This document shows, piece after piece, positions 1-12,940 of a DNA stretch of 64,000 nucleotides. The stretch is taken from the NCBI GenBank assembly GCA_051294905.1, contig CM119383.1:5952001-6016000 (forward strand), read 5' to 3'. Within the stretch, counting starts at the first letter, position 1. Each line of letters opens with the position of its first letter. Under the pieces are notes generated by a model. The model was not told where the DNA came from. It was given only the letters and a program-made list of their open reading frames with translations, and searched no databases. The position numbers were made by a program, and so were the translations under genes. Source of the stretch: Botryllus schlosseri (Eukaryota).

Positions 1-1990
1 AGGTAAAAAGGAAGTCGCGACATTGCTCTGTTGTGACGTGCGGCGATCATGACGACGTCGCTGTCTATGGCCACGCGCCTGATTGTGGGTTCCGTGTAGA
101 TGCGCCTGCTTGCCTGATAATTGCTATTAAAATCATAAGGACTATCGTTTATTACTTTGCATTAAATAGTTACTCATATTTTCGGCGGTTGCTTATCGGT
201 AGCTGCTTATAACGACCTCATTGTGAACGTGCATTAGTGTGACTGTGGGATATCGGTGGTTGATATCGGGCTGTGATAGTCTATGTTTCGTACTGGCTCT
301 TTGTGATTTGGGCCGATTGAAAGTAGTTCCGGTGTCGTTATTGGCCGTTGTGAAAATATGCATCCCATTCAATCCCACTAGAACACGTACTTGAAGAATT
401 TAATTCTGCTAGTCGGTGATTCACAAATAATGAATAGTGACTGATTATAGAATTCCATTGCATAGAAGTATCACTTAGATCATTGATGTTCAAGTTAACA
501 AGTTCTGAAACGCGTTGTATTGAACGACAGTGGCTGATTGACTGAGTTCGTAGAAATCTCGGTCCTGCTCGTTTCTGGTTATATATCATTTTTCTCATTC
601 GAAGTGGTGAAGTGCAATTAACCGATGGTTTACATTGTATGTGGCATGTTTTACTTGTATATCACAGAGAATATATTCGTAACCAGAACTGTGTCCGGTG
701 TGGTGAGTGGGTGAAGGTATAGCTGAAGAATACTTGAGATACTTTACGTGCGTCTGTAAATCGTCACGCACTTTTTTCTACGAGATGGTCGTGTCGACGT
801 GTAGTTTCAAAGCAATACCGTTTTAGAGGGAAATTATGACGTGTTGCTCGTTACCATTTACAAACTATGAGGATGCGGACGCCAATATATCGGCTGTCGA
901 TGTCGCTGGTAAAGTATATCAGAAATTGGATAGCAGTACACTCGAGCGCGCCATGAAGTACGGTATATGATAATTGGTAATGCGTGTTGTCTGAGAGCCT
1001 GTGCTGGTATGAGTCTGAATCATTTATTGTCGACTTACAATGCACTTCACTCGGCAGTAATCAGATACAGCACTCCCGCGTTGGTTCATGACCTGGTAGT
1101 CTCAACGAATGTACATTGTACAACGATAGTCTTTCAGATGTATAGATCGGAAAAGTTACTTTTATAGCGTAGTAGGGTAACGAGTCCCGTCAGCTGTATA
1201 GTGTATGCGTGGGGCGGCGGGCTTATGTAGCATGATTACGAGGGAGACGTAGTAGGCTGCACTCTCGATGTAACATGATGATATGTCACCTTGTTGCGTG
1301 ATTTATCATCCGGCAGCGTTGATATCCGATATCTAAGGGTATCTGCAACTGTATGGTATCGCCACCACAGCAATTTACAGCGCAGAGAACGCTGTTATCT
1401 TTTCAGTATTTGATAGACTTCAGGATTATGTCAATTCAATTTATTGCTAAAAATTTCATCATTTCAATACACCACAAGACTGCGACAGAAGGGAAGATGG
1501 GATGGAGTCGAAACGACAGTCGTACGTCATCTCAGTGAATAATGCGGTTAGTCAATAACAGCCGGAGTATTTTGGTGTGAAAGTACAATATTTAGCAGCG
1601 GTCAGCTGACCCCCGGCTAGGATCAGCTGATTTTGTGAACTGCAGTCAAGCAGCAAGGAAGACACACGTGAGTGTTTTCTAGTGCCGGATCTCAAGCGTC
1701 TTGAGAATTTGAGAATAGGCAAGTCATGATGAGGTGTACTTTGTAGTGTCGGGCAATTTTAGGTTTTAGTTGGGACAAGCTATGCCTGAGAATATCGTTC
1801 TGCAGCGCGTCTGTAGGAACAGAGGCTACTGTATACTCGCGATCCGCGGGCCCATTCATATATAGCATATGTTTAGTGTTTATTATGGTGAGAGCCCAAT
1901 GATTGGTAAATTTACAGCGTATAGTTAGTGAGTTTTCCACCTCGCACGTACTGACCCTATTATTGAAACATTTCCAGGTTTTTATTGAGA

Positions 1991-3481
1991 ATGTCTTGTA
2001 CATTATTTGGGGAGAAGCCGTACGTATGGTACTGCAACCTGGTCTTGATGCTGTGCTATGCAGTTGGAGAGCTAGGTCATTTTCTACTTGGTGCTACATC
2101 TCGGCCAATGGCACAATCGATACACTTCGGCGATCAAGACTGTTTCTCAATGAATAGCACCTTTGACGCAATATGTTCCAATTTCTCGAACCATGAAGAT
2201 GGCTGTCAGAACGCAACTGTTGAAGGAACAAATGTCTGTGAATGGAACTACACAGGAAGTGGAGTGGAGTATCAGTTACTAGCAGGACCATTTTTTGTTG
2301 CTATATTCACTGTGATGGGTGTTACACTCGGCACTTTGGGAGATCGTTACAGCCGCATTAGAATATTATCCGTCTGTGTCTTCATATGCTCTACCACTGT
2401 ACTTCTGACTGGTTTTAGTAACCGATATTGGCAATTGGCTGTACTCAGACTTGTGTTCGGTGGGGCGGAAGCTGGGTTTTCACCACTATGTGCAAGTATT
2501 ATTGCTGACATATTTGGTGAAACATCAAGAGGCCTTGCAATGGGTGTCTTTAATTGGGGAATCTATTTTGGATTCGGATCTGCCTTCGCTGTCGGTAACT
2601 TAGTTACGGAAGCTGATATTAATGGGGCTGGATGGCGTTGGGCGTATTACATGTCTGGGATTCCGGGATTTTTGATGGTGCTACTTGTCTTCTTTTCTGT
2701 TCGAGAACCAACACGGAAAAACATAACTGTGACAGGCGATAAAGAGGAAAAGAAAGATCCAGACTTGATGAAGACGGATGTAACTTCCCTGCTTCACAAA
2801 GTGTTGGCGTCAATTAAAATACTCGGTACGAAAATTTCGCTGTTAGTTCTTCTAGCAGGCGCATGTATTAGACACTCTGCTAGTTTCTGTTTTGCATACA
2901 ATGCGCAGTTGTATTTTTCTGAATATTATCCTAGTACCAATTTAGGAATATGGATGGCGCTCTCTTCGATCCTTGGTGGCTCGATAGGCATTGCAACTGG
3001 AGGTTTAATATCCGATTTAGTCGTTAAAAAATATGGAATATATACAAGGTTAAGTGTGCTTTCGCTAAGTCAGTTATTAGCGTCACCGCTTGCGTTTGGT
3101 GTTTTGTACATAGATCCCCCTTATTGCTTCATTTCTTTAATTGGCGCTTATTTATTTGCCGAAATGTGGTTCGGAATCCTGTTTGCAGTGATGGTTGAAC
3201 TTTTTCCCACTTCGATTCGATCCACATCCATGGCTACTTTTTTCTTTGTTATAAATAACGTGGCGGGGCTTGTTTTACTTGCTGTTCCAAGCTTAAAGCA
3301 CCACATGGGTACGCGAAATGCTCTTACTTTGGTCTACCCAGGCTTTTATTTGGCGAGCGCGCTGTTCTTTCTTCTTGCCCAACTGCTACTTAAAAGAGAA
3401 TTCCATAAAGATAACAGTCTGAGTGATAATATTGAGGAAGAAGCTAAACCGATGGCGGAAAGCCTTGATTGCGTTTTATAA
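1991..3481 (+). CDS. Major facilitator superfamily transporter, spinster-like, 496 aa, intronless CDS
   Basis: Uninterrupted ORF; first ATG is at 1991 (the track starts at a TTG). About 12 hydrophobic segments, motif-A-like GTLGDRYSRIR, AEAGFSP and GVFNWGIYFG, and a Cys-rich first loop with sequons NST, NFS, NAT, NYT. Probable 5'UTR intron 1668-1977 (cac|GTGAGT ... tttccAG|). Confidence 0.9.
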   Translation: MSCTLFGEKPYVWYCNLVLMLCYAVGELGHFLLGATSRPMAQSIHFGDQDCFSMNSTFDAICSNFSNHEDGCQNATVEGTNVCEWNYTGSGVEYQLLAGPFFVAIFTVMGVTLGTLGDRYSRIRILSVCVFICSTTVLLTGFSNRYWQLAVLRLVFGGAEAGFSPLCASIIADIFGETSRGLAMGVFNWGIYFGFGSAFAVGNLVTEADINGAGWRWAYYMSGIPGFLMVLLVFFSVREPTRKNITVTGDKEEKKDPDLMKTDVTSLLHKVLASIKILGTKISLLVLLAGACIRHSASFCFAYNAQLYFSEYYPSTNLGIWMALSSILGGSIGIATGGLISDLVVKKYGIYTRLSVLSLSQLLASPLAFGVLYIDPPYCFISLIGAYLFAEMWFGILFAVMVELFPTSIRSTSMATFFFVINNVAGLVLLAVPSLKHHMGTRNALTLVYPGFYLASALFFLLAQLLLKREFHKDNSLSDNIEEEAKPMAESLDCVL

Positions 3482-4616
3482 GTTTCACAGTAAAAGTTCG
3501 CCTGTTTTTTTTCGTCAAAGTTTTCACCCGCCCAAATTTTAATCTGATTGGTCCCCAATATTGTGCAGTTAAGAAGGTAGTGCGTGAAGCAGCCTTACAA
3601 TTGAAAGATTCGCAAAATGGTTTGATTTCCTAACGACTTTTTGAAATTTGTTTTTTCAATATAATTTGCTCTATGCATTTTACAAGCTGTAAGTTCTAGC
3701 TTTTTCGATCTGAATTTGCATAATTTGTGCAATGAGCAATGAGCATACCTCCGATCCAATATATTGCTGTATATTACAGAATCTGCCATTCCATTTTTAT
3801 ATCTAGGTGAACAGGGGCTATGGTCGGTAGCTGCCAAGTTTTTATGAGAGCTGTAAAATTTATCGCATTATGAATTCATAACAGTGATTTCCAACCTGCG
3901 GGTCTGGGCGAAGGTGTGTACCACATTTAGAGGGGGGGATGCGGAACCTTTTAAAATCGGAAATTGGGAACCACTGATACAACACCATCCATAAGTATGA
4001 ACTTTGGAAGCATATACAGTTCATGGTTTCACTGTGTCATATAAAATAAAATGCTATCAAGTTTTATATATATTTGGATATTTTTACATATTTGACCCTT
4101 TCATCATCATTATTAGATATAGGCTAGTAACTGCTCATTTTAAACTTTAAATTTAATGCTTTCCTGCTCCCTTGCGGCAATGCGGGTTTCATACCGATAT
4201 TTTATTACTATTATTACCCGACAATTAGGAAGTTGATTTATGGTTACCTGTTGTAATTTTCTGTTGTTATTTGGTTGGGGATCAAGTGTGTGGGTGCTAT
4301 GTTTTCAAACCATGTAGGGTGTTGTTATTTTGAAAGCCACTGCTGCTGTTTTCACCTTGTCTTCTTCATCCAGTTATTGTGCCATTACACGGGGGGTAGG
4401 ACTAACGCATGTTTATATTTATTTACCGTATTTAATATTATCATCGATCATGTCGGTCGAAATGAAGCGACTGTATCTGTGCAGAATTATATATAATGAC
4501 ACTCCCTATATTTTAAGGGCTAAATTTCTTACTATTGGTAAGCTATACAGCATAATTTCATTCGACAATGAAAGGTTGCGATGAATTCATTTGACTGTTT
4601 CGTTTTGAACCAGGCA

Positions 4617-7600
4617 ATGGTTTTACCTACATCCCATATATTTCTGTACTTGATTACCATTTCAATCTCGTGGGCTGGAGACTGGGGGCGCCTTGAGTTG
4701 CATTCAAATCACATTCCGTATGTTTTGGGGCATCATCAAGATCTGGCTAGTGCCTGCGCGTCCGATGACCAATGTCCATATAAGGTATTCATCTAACTAC
4801 TTTGGTTTTACATCGGAATCACATATTTTTCTTTCAGATTGTCGACCAATGTTGGGGATATGAGGATGGTTGCAAGGGCAATGCTTCGTTCTCCAAAAAT
4901 GACGAACCGATAAACTGCGCTTCTGACCATCACAAACGGGATTTTTGGTTTCGAGTAACGACATATTATCTCCGTGTTCTTGCAGCCGGCGTTATAATTA
5001 AGCCTAGCTCTGTCTGAAAGGCAGACTTCGGTTTCATAGGAAATATCCGGAAGGAAATGGAAGCAATCAGAATATGTACGGCGGATGTGGAAAATGACTC
5101 GTCGCTCATATGTGCAAGGTCTGTGTTCAGTGCTGTACCCTTATCGTAATCCCCTGTAAGAAATTTACATTACACGGAGACAGAAGTGTCCACAGTTTTT
5201 TTTTGCCCTGGATGGTCAAGTAAACTCTGCAAACCTATTGATTATTTTGTTTACAAAGAGTAAAATGGATGGAACACTCGACTTTTGTGCCTGAAAATTT
5301 TGCTTGTTGGATCACGGTGTTTTGTGCTTGTGCGTTGTGACTATATCATGGTCTTGGTCTCAGTGGTCTGCATTATGCGCATATGGTCGATGTAGTCAGC
5401 ATTGCCACTCAAGTAGAAGTAGAGGTGGTATCGTTAATTTCTACTGGAGTACAAATATAAATTTCCGAAATGTGCCTAAACTAGGCCTACTTGAAGCACA
5501 AGTAGAAAGTGAGATGTCTCAACAGCACAGAAGTAAGTAGTTTCAAAATGTAGATTGGGTAGAGACACCGCATAAATTTAGCAGTTGATATGCAATGTTG
5601 TTTCCTATTCTCTACTAGTTACTGACGATCACTCCTGGCGAATGCCAGCCGAAAATATTCGTGTTCATTTCAATATGAATATACTATTCAGTTTTGGTAG
5701 TCAATCGGACGTGGCTTGCACAAAAGGTCTAGCAACAATGTACTTTTCGAAAACAAACATTCATTTCCGATAATAGGCCTACAGGAGTTATTTTGTTGGT
5801 TGTCGCGACGGTTTCACTTGTTATAGTGATGCAATCTTAAACTTTATACTTAGCAATACCCAAAATGTATTAAGGTAAGTAGTTTTGCCTCAAAAACCGG
5901 TTAAAGTTGACGTGGTAGTAGAGGAATTCTCATATCCTCTTGACTAGTTTCTGTCCTCAAAAAAGAATCCACACTCATTACAATTGATACTCATTACAAT
6001 TGATGCTCACCTACCTCGGATTTGAGTAGTAGAATTGTTGTGCCATGCCCCACTTCGGAGTATTACTGAATAAAGGGATATATTCAATCAACTGGGCCGC
6101 GATTTTGTGTCATTTATCATACCAATCTTCTACTTTATTCTTGTTGCAGAAATGCCAAGTTTTGTCACGCCAGAAACCTTTACATCGATTTTCGAAGCCA
6201 CACACCGGACAGAGATCGTTTCAAAGAAGATATGTTTGAAAAGGGAATGATCGGAGGCTATTGCAAATTCGACGAATCATTGTTGAAAGAACAAGGCAGC
6301 CATCCCTATCCTCTGCAATCATGGTATGGTATACCGTAAATTGAATGTTGTTTTCTCACTATCGATCTCTGAAGAATTTGAAGATCGTATTGAAGTCAAG
6401 CTGGATTACTGTTGTTTTAACATCACTTTGTGATGGTAGATTTGTTGATATAATCGTTTCATTTGTTATGTGGTGATGGTAGCCAATTTCAATATGACAT
6501 CAAATTGGTGGCTAGGCATCTTTGAATTATCCTTTGTCGATGGGTGGACTTTATACTTGCATTACCGCTACTGATTTGGATTTAGGTACTCGGAACTGCA
6601 GAATTACACAAAGTTAGACTTCCAAATCTCCAACGACAACGGCCGGTGCGACGTATTCATCGATAAACCGTCGATTCTCATGAAATTGGACAGTGGGGTA
6701 AACATATACCATCACTTTTGTGACTTTTTCAATCTCTACCTGACGCAACACGTTAATAACTCGTGGTTTGGCAAAGATGTGCAAATCATCATGTGGGACA
6801 CGGTGAGTCTTGATAAGGTTTTGATGCCGTTTCGCATTTAACATATTCCGTTCGATGCGAAGTCATCTCTAGGATATTTCGATATTGTTGAAGATGCTTG
6901 GAATGCATTCACCGATCATCCGGTCTTGAATTTGAAAGGTTTCACCGGGAAACGGGTGTGTTTCAAAGAGGCGATATTTTCCCTCCTTCCAAGGATGAGA
7001 GGCGGACTGTTTTATAATTCCTACATTGTAAGTATTCTGCGAAGGTATCGATCATCAGAAGTGGTCAAAGTAGTCAGCAGTGATACTCGAGTATCAGTAG
7101 TAAGGTTTTCTACTCAACAGGCTATATCTACAAGTGTTGATTTCAAAGACATGTCAAAATTTCTTCAAGTAGAAGTAGAAAATGAAAGTCTGAAAATTAC
7201 TTAGAATAAGTAGTTACAAAAAGACCGTTTGATCGCGGCGTCGCATATTTTTCAACAGTTTATAGGAGTTCCATAATCCAAAATGTAAAAAGAGGCAGTT
7301 TTGCCTAAAAAACATACATACAAATGGAAGCAGCACAAAAATATCCAAGTCAAATACTCAAGAAAATTGTAAAATACTTTCTTACTGACAACCTTCGTTT
7401 ATGATCTTTCGTACTTTATATTCAGCCGAAGGGTTGCGTGGGGTCTTCCATGTTCCGCGCGTTTTCGGAACACTTCCTCCATCGAATGGGCGTCCGGCAG
7501 GACCAAAGTACGTTTCTGCCGGGAGCGAAAATTCGATTGACGATACTGCAACGAGGAAGTCCGGACAACGACCACGTGTTCAGGCAAATTAAAAATCAAG

Positions 7601-10600
7601 ACGAATTAGTTGCAGTGGCGAAAGAATTTGACGAATTCGAAGTGAAGGTACGTGTTCTTGTGCTGTGCATATTTAAAGCTTGCAGTGATTGTGTTCGAAG
7701 TGATGTGGAATTTGTGCAATGTTACATTCACTCTATCGCATCTAGCGTACGTGACCGTAACGCGTAACCGTACGCGACGTTAGGTAGTCGCCTCCTGTAG
7801 AGGTGAGATTATAGGCTACTTGGGTACAGGCGCAAGCAGAGGTGTCAAAGTAGTCAAGAAAGCTACTCAGGTAGAAGTAAAAGTAGTGACGGAAAAAATC
7901 TACTCAAGTACGAGTAGAAGTACCTCTTCCATAAGCAACTGAAAGCTACTTGAAGTAGAAGTAGAATTGACTGACTTTAAATCTACTCGCCTAAGTAAGT
8001 AGTTGTGAAATAGTAAATCAAGGTGATGATCCAAGACTGCTAGCTAGGTCGCATTCAATAAAAGTAGGTTTCACTGAGCTGTATAGTGGAAAATAGTGTC
8101 TGGTCCGACTGAAATGCTATAACGATTGGAAATCAACGTGGTCCAAGGCTGCGAGGTAGGCCACATTGAAGTATAAGGTGAGCCTTCCGGCCATAATGTT
8201 GAAAGCTCCATAAAATGAGGAAGAAAAACTCGCACTCGCGAGAAATTAGGCTGCCTATCAAACTGTGCATATTACATGGATTTTTCATGCTAAATTGGCC
8301 TGTCCTGTGTGCTGTACGAAGGAGCTGTGCCCGATGTAGGCATACACAGGGTTGTAATGACTCGAGTCATGTCTTGACTCGAGTCATTTTTACAAATACG
8401 TAAAATGACTCGACTCGAGTCAATTTGTTTATTGACTCGACCTGTACTCAGAGGTGGTCAAAGAAGTCGAGAAAGCTACTCAAGTAGACGTAGAAGTAGT
8501 GACGCAAAAATGTACTAAGTACGAGTAGAAATAGTACTTTTAAAAGCAACCTTAACTACTTGAAGTAGAAGTAGAGTTGACTGACTTTAGATATCCTCAA
8601 GTAAGTAGTTGTGAAAACGTTCGCATGGATTGTCAGAAGCTGCAAATTGAGCTATGCGAAAGGTGCAGAGCTTGATTCATATTGATGCAAACCAGAATTT
8701 TCGACACCATAAGCGTTCGTCTGCATCATGGGACGAAAATGATAGTATTGATATGGAAATGCGATACTAATCCTCTGTTCAGTCGAACAATCTGTTTTGG
8801 AAAATATGGTATGACGCTGGGCGCCTTTCCCTGTAGTTTAGCCGAAGAGCAATATGGAGAAGTTGTATCGGATACGGTGTAAACACTTTGTGCGATTAGT
8901 TATAAAAAATAAGGCGGATAGTAAGAATGCCATATTGTGTGGTTTTATTTCCGGAAATTAAAAGCATTACTACACTTGCTTTTACACTTCAACATGTATG
9001 TTCTTCAGACAAAAAAACTGAAACTAAACATAACTCAAAGTATGATACTGGGAATTTAAAGAGAATAATAAATACTACTTTTAAAAGCCGAAAATCTATG
9101 TCATGTCTTCAGTTCAAAAAGTTTCAGAGGTAGTATGATAAAACAGGTCTGAAGCTAAAAAAAAATCAGGTCCACTTTTCCAGATTTGGACATGCCATGG
9201 ACTTCCAGATTTCGATATGATGAGTAAATGCTAGATTGCAAAACCTCATTTTCAAACGTTACGATGGGCCATTTATACTGTGATGAAATATTTCATATGG
9301 GCGACAATGCGGTATTAATGGAGCCACACAACCCGCCACCTGGTTTATATTCACAGATACTTTCGTGAAATCATATTGGTCTCTCCATATCCACTGTACG
9401 CTAAGCGCGACGAGAATTTTGGGTTTTACTGAACTTTTGTGAAGATTAAACGTTGATACTCCGTGAAAATTCTTCAGGCTATCTTCCTGATTGAAGGATA
9501 AAACTACTTCTACTTGACAAACTGAAAATAGCTAAAAGTAAGTACATCACAAAATATTACGAAGTAGAAGTAGCGGGAAATTAGATCTACTTGAGCTAGT
9601 ACCCAAGTAGTGGAAAACTACTTGAGTACTTCAAAAAAGTAGAAGTACTTCGTTACTGACCACCTCTGGGCGCAAGTAACGATTCCATGTCGAAAAATGA
9701 AGTGTCCAAAAGTGACAAAGTAGCTTTGAAAAGAAGTGTAGATCAGAGCAAGTTATCATAACATGGTATAATTTTATATCATTAAGTACTACGGTAGTAC
9801 TAACTACTCTATAGAAGGGGGGCCGTACGATTTTGTCCTTGCACAAAATGATAAACTTTCTAAATTCGACTGATGCTGGTAGTAGGGCGTGAACCATTAG
9901 AAAGCCACATCAGTTAGTTACTTGAACAAAGTAAAATCGCATATTTGAAACGGTCAGTTATAAAATACTGCTAATTTTACTGGAGATACATTATTTCACT
10001 TTGATCTCAACTACTTTTTCACTTGACTACTGTTTTATGTCAAATTTCAAGTTTTGCTTCCCCGTTAAAATGGATCCAGTTTATGAGTGACATATTTAGC
10101 CCACATTCGTTAATCCATAGTCCCTATGACAATCAGTTCTGTAATTTCGAAATTCAGAGTCTCCAGTGTTCCCTTGCGTATTTACCGTGGCTCAAGACCA
10201 GCACTGGCTTACCTTGTCAGTTGGAATTGCAGGGTTGTAGCCAAGTCACAAGGTTCCGAGTCACAAGTCAATCTCACTTTTGCAGTTTTAACTCCATTCA
10301 AGTCGAGTCATTTTCAATTCACCACCGAGCCAAGTCCGAGTCCAAGAATAGAGGGTCGAGTCCGAGTCATGGTGTTGTGACTAGAGTCCAAGTATTGTGT
10401 TCACTATCAAGTTTTCAGTTTAATACGGTCCAAGCCACTTTATCAACTCTATGCGAGTGATGTAGAATGGTTCGCATTCATAATAATATATAGTTATATT
10501 CCTCAGTCTTAACAGTTTCTAGCACTATTTTTCAAGCATCAGGACTGATAGACGAAACACCAATAATGTAGCAACCTTGCTATTCTCCGAAGTTACAATG

Positions 10601-11293
10601 AAATGTCTGTCTTGGCCGTCGTAGTCTCGAGTCATATACGACTTGGTTCGAGTCGTGCACATTTGCAAAAATTACTCGAGTCAAGTCGAGTCAACAAAAA
10701 ATCGTGACTAGAGTCGAGTCATGACTCGATTCATTACAACCCTGGGGAATTGACCCTGCGGCCTCTGTTCTACAACACCATCTTTGTGCGAGATCGAGAC
10801 TAATTCTGTGCGTTTCATGCTTGATTTCAGGTTGTACAGTACAATTGGAGAACCGTATCATTCGTGGAACAACTAAACATCACCCACAACAGCGATATCT
10901 TCATCGGTATGCACGGTGCGGGTTTGCTCCATTTTCTATTCTTGCCAGACTGGGCGGTCGCATTCGAGCTGTAAGTAAAAGCCGCGCTGGTCGCTTCGAT
11001 CTGTTATGATGAAAGTTGTTTGTCTGGGCAGGTACAATTGCGGCGACACCGGTTGTTACTACGATCTAGCACGCTTGCGTGGACTGAATTACATCACTTG
11101 GGGCGATGGAAAAATTGAAGCTTTCGACCGAGGCAAACATCATCGCTACGGGGATAATCCGAAGTTTTGGAACTGGTCGTTTGAGCCGGACGAGTTTCGT
11201 CGGCTACTTGTAAGAGCACGGGATGCGTTGGTTGCGAAAAAGCGGGATTATCGGACTTTGAAAATAGGAACAAATAAACATGACGAGCTCTAG
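4617..11293 (+). CDS. EOGT: EGF domain-specific O-GlcNAc transferase, paralog 1 (9 exons, 520 aa, C-terminal HDEL)
   Basis: Exons 4617-4784, 4838-4954, 5021-5118, 6150-6323, 6586-6802, 6863-7027, 7426-7647, 10831-10970, 11032-11293; all GT-AG, total 1563 nt in frame. Signal peptide, [86 protein letters not shown]. Confidence 0.95.
7056..7397 (+). mobile_element. Degenerate family A MITE filling EOGT1 intron 6
   Basis: Starts CAGAAGTGGTCAAAGTAGTC, AGTAGAAGTAG repeats, ends TTACTGACAACCTTCG (decayed right end); no clean TSD. Confidence 0.55.
7837..9668 (+). mobile_element. Tol2-like non-autonomous hAT element (family A), composite
   Basis: Ends CAGAGGTG... and ...CACCTCTG, AGTA-rich subterminal repeats, 8-bp TSD GGCGCAAG at 7829-7836 and 9669-9676. 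Contains a family-B end (8347-8448), a second A left end (8449) and a weak BED-finger-like reading at 8927-9133. Confidence 0.85.
10230..10744 (-). mobile_element. hAT-type MITE family B (GACTCGAGTC repeats) in EOGT1 intron 7
   Basis: Ends CAGGGTTGTA and TTACAACCCTG; flanks TGGAATTG and GGGAATTG (7 of 8); reverse-complement homolog of 17219-17805. Confidence 0.85.
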
Positions 11294-12940
11294 CTCGTCG
11301 ACTTACTAAGCTATTCTGACTTGATATTCTTATCCTAAGATTTTTGTTTTGAACTTGTCATCCAAGGTCTCGCACATTTTCACGGCGTACATGTACTTAC
11401 TATTCGTATAGTTTTGTTTATTGCGGCGGCGTTTGCCACCATGGTCGGGGGATCAATCATCTCAAACGCGATTGCTTCGCTTGATAAGTTGTTGATATCA
11501 ATCGAATACACCTTTTTTATATACGTTCGTGTGAAATGAAATCAATCCCCGTGCGAAAATTACTTGATTTATTGCAATCCAATTGTTTTATAAATGTTCA
11601 TCGATTAAATGCGAAAGTGTTTCCTTTATATTATTGCTCATTGTTCATGTTCATGCTCATATGTCACTCATACTAAAGTCTTGTTGATACGGGTGCTTTT
11701 CAGTTCAGTTTTTTCTGCCGGCTTACTTCAATGCCACTGTATAATTATTTGGTTTCATATTGCATCCACACTTATGACGCACGTATGATGTTGATGTTGA
11801 TTACACTGTAACAGTGTATTTTGCATACTCCTTCTCTTTTCTTGTCAACTTTCTTATGTTGTATAAACGAACCGGCGACTAACTTTTTAATTTTTCTTAC
11901 TACGCTTTTTAGTGTGTAACAACTTTGTCCTATTACGATATCTAATCAATTATTTCTGTCGGGCATCTGCTGGAAAAAAATGGCTATTGTAATTCTGAAA
12001 CTGTGTGTCATGGCAATCGGAAGTATCAATTGTTAGCTGGATTCAGGGATATCGCGAGTTCAAGATATCCCTGGCTGTATTGCATTATATATATATTCGA
12101 AATTCATACGTGCCTGCTCCTTATCTCTGAACATTTACACTGCCTTGACAATTTGTATGCATTACTTTTCATCTAACTAGTAAGATAACCCAATCTGGTG
12201 ATCTCCACCTGTATTAGTGCGTCCTTTTGAAATAAAGTAAATAGCATCAGACGGGTATATTTTGTAATTGTATTGTTTGCCCAGGAATTGAACGTTACAT
12301 CACTAGGTGAATCTATTGAAGTTCGTAGTAAATCGCTACGTTTTATGTTCGCGGATTCGGATGAGTAGCGCTGAAAGCGGCAGTGATAGACTGTGTTGAC
12401 AAGTCATGCGAAACTTTGGAACCGAGTATACTAGCCGAGATAATTGAGCTTGCGGTTGCAGTCTCAAGGGTTCGGGGGAGGGCTGCGTGTATCATAGTAG
12501 TGAGTTCTTAGCTATTATAGATGTACGGGTTATTGCCTTTGGCTACGAGACGTGGACTAATGAACCTGAAGTCGATTTCGCCTCTTTGAATGTATGCATT
12601 GCATATCCGATTTTGAACGTAGTCGGAGTAGCATGACTCGACAGGCTATGTGATTGACGGTAATCATAGCATGGAGACCTGCTGTGTCATATTGGTTGCT
12701 TCTGATAATGATAATATTTGTAATGAATCTGCATCGTTTCTTTGCCACTACGGCGCAATTGTACAGCATGGCTTCATACGTAATGTGGCAATGCTTTTTT
12801 TGTGTTATAGGTTGGGCTAAAGTGTGCCGCTTAATATTGTTGGCGGAAGTATATACATTTTCAGCGTAGGTGGTGTTTAGTAGCGCGTCAACCGATGCAT
12901 CTGGTGGATTCAATTGTCAAGCAGATTTGATCCTCCGATA

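Noticed and set aside
1600-1631. Two palindromic CAGCTG E-boxes near the MFS 5' end
   Set aside because: Six-base motifs occur often by chance; no conservation or expression evidence available.
3460-3481. Prenylation signal at the MFS or GRK exon 16A C-terminus
   Set aside because: MFS ends C-V-L and GRK 16A ends E-G-C; neither is a four-residue CaaX box.
3882-3976. Mini hAT element (CAGTGATTTCCAACC ... GGGAACCACTG)
   Set aside because: Ends only partly complementary and flanks share no 8-bp duplication; too decayed to call.
10735-10800. Second tRNA-derived SINE interrupted by the family B MITE
   Set aside because: Only a weak reverse B-box-like string (GGAATTGACCCTGCG) and no A-box; insufficient.
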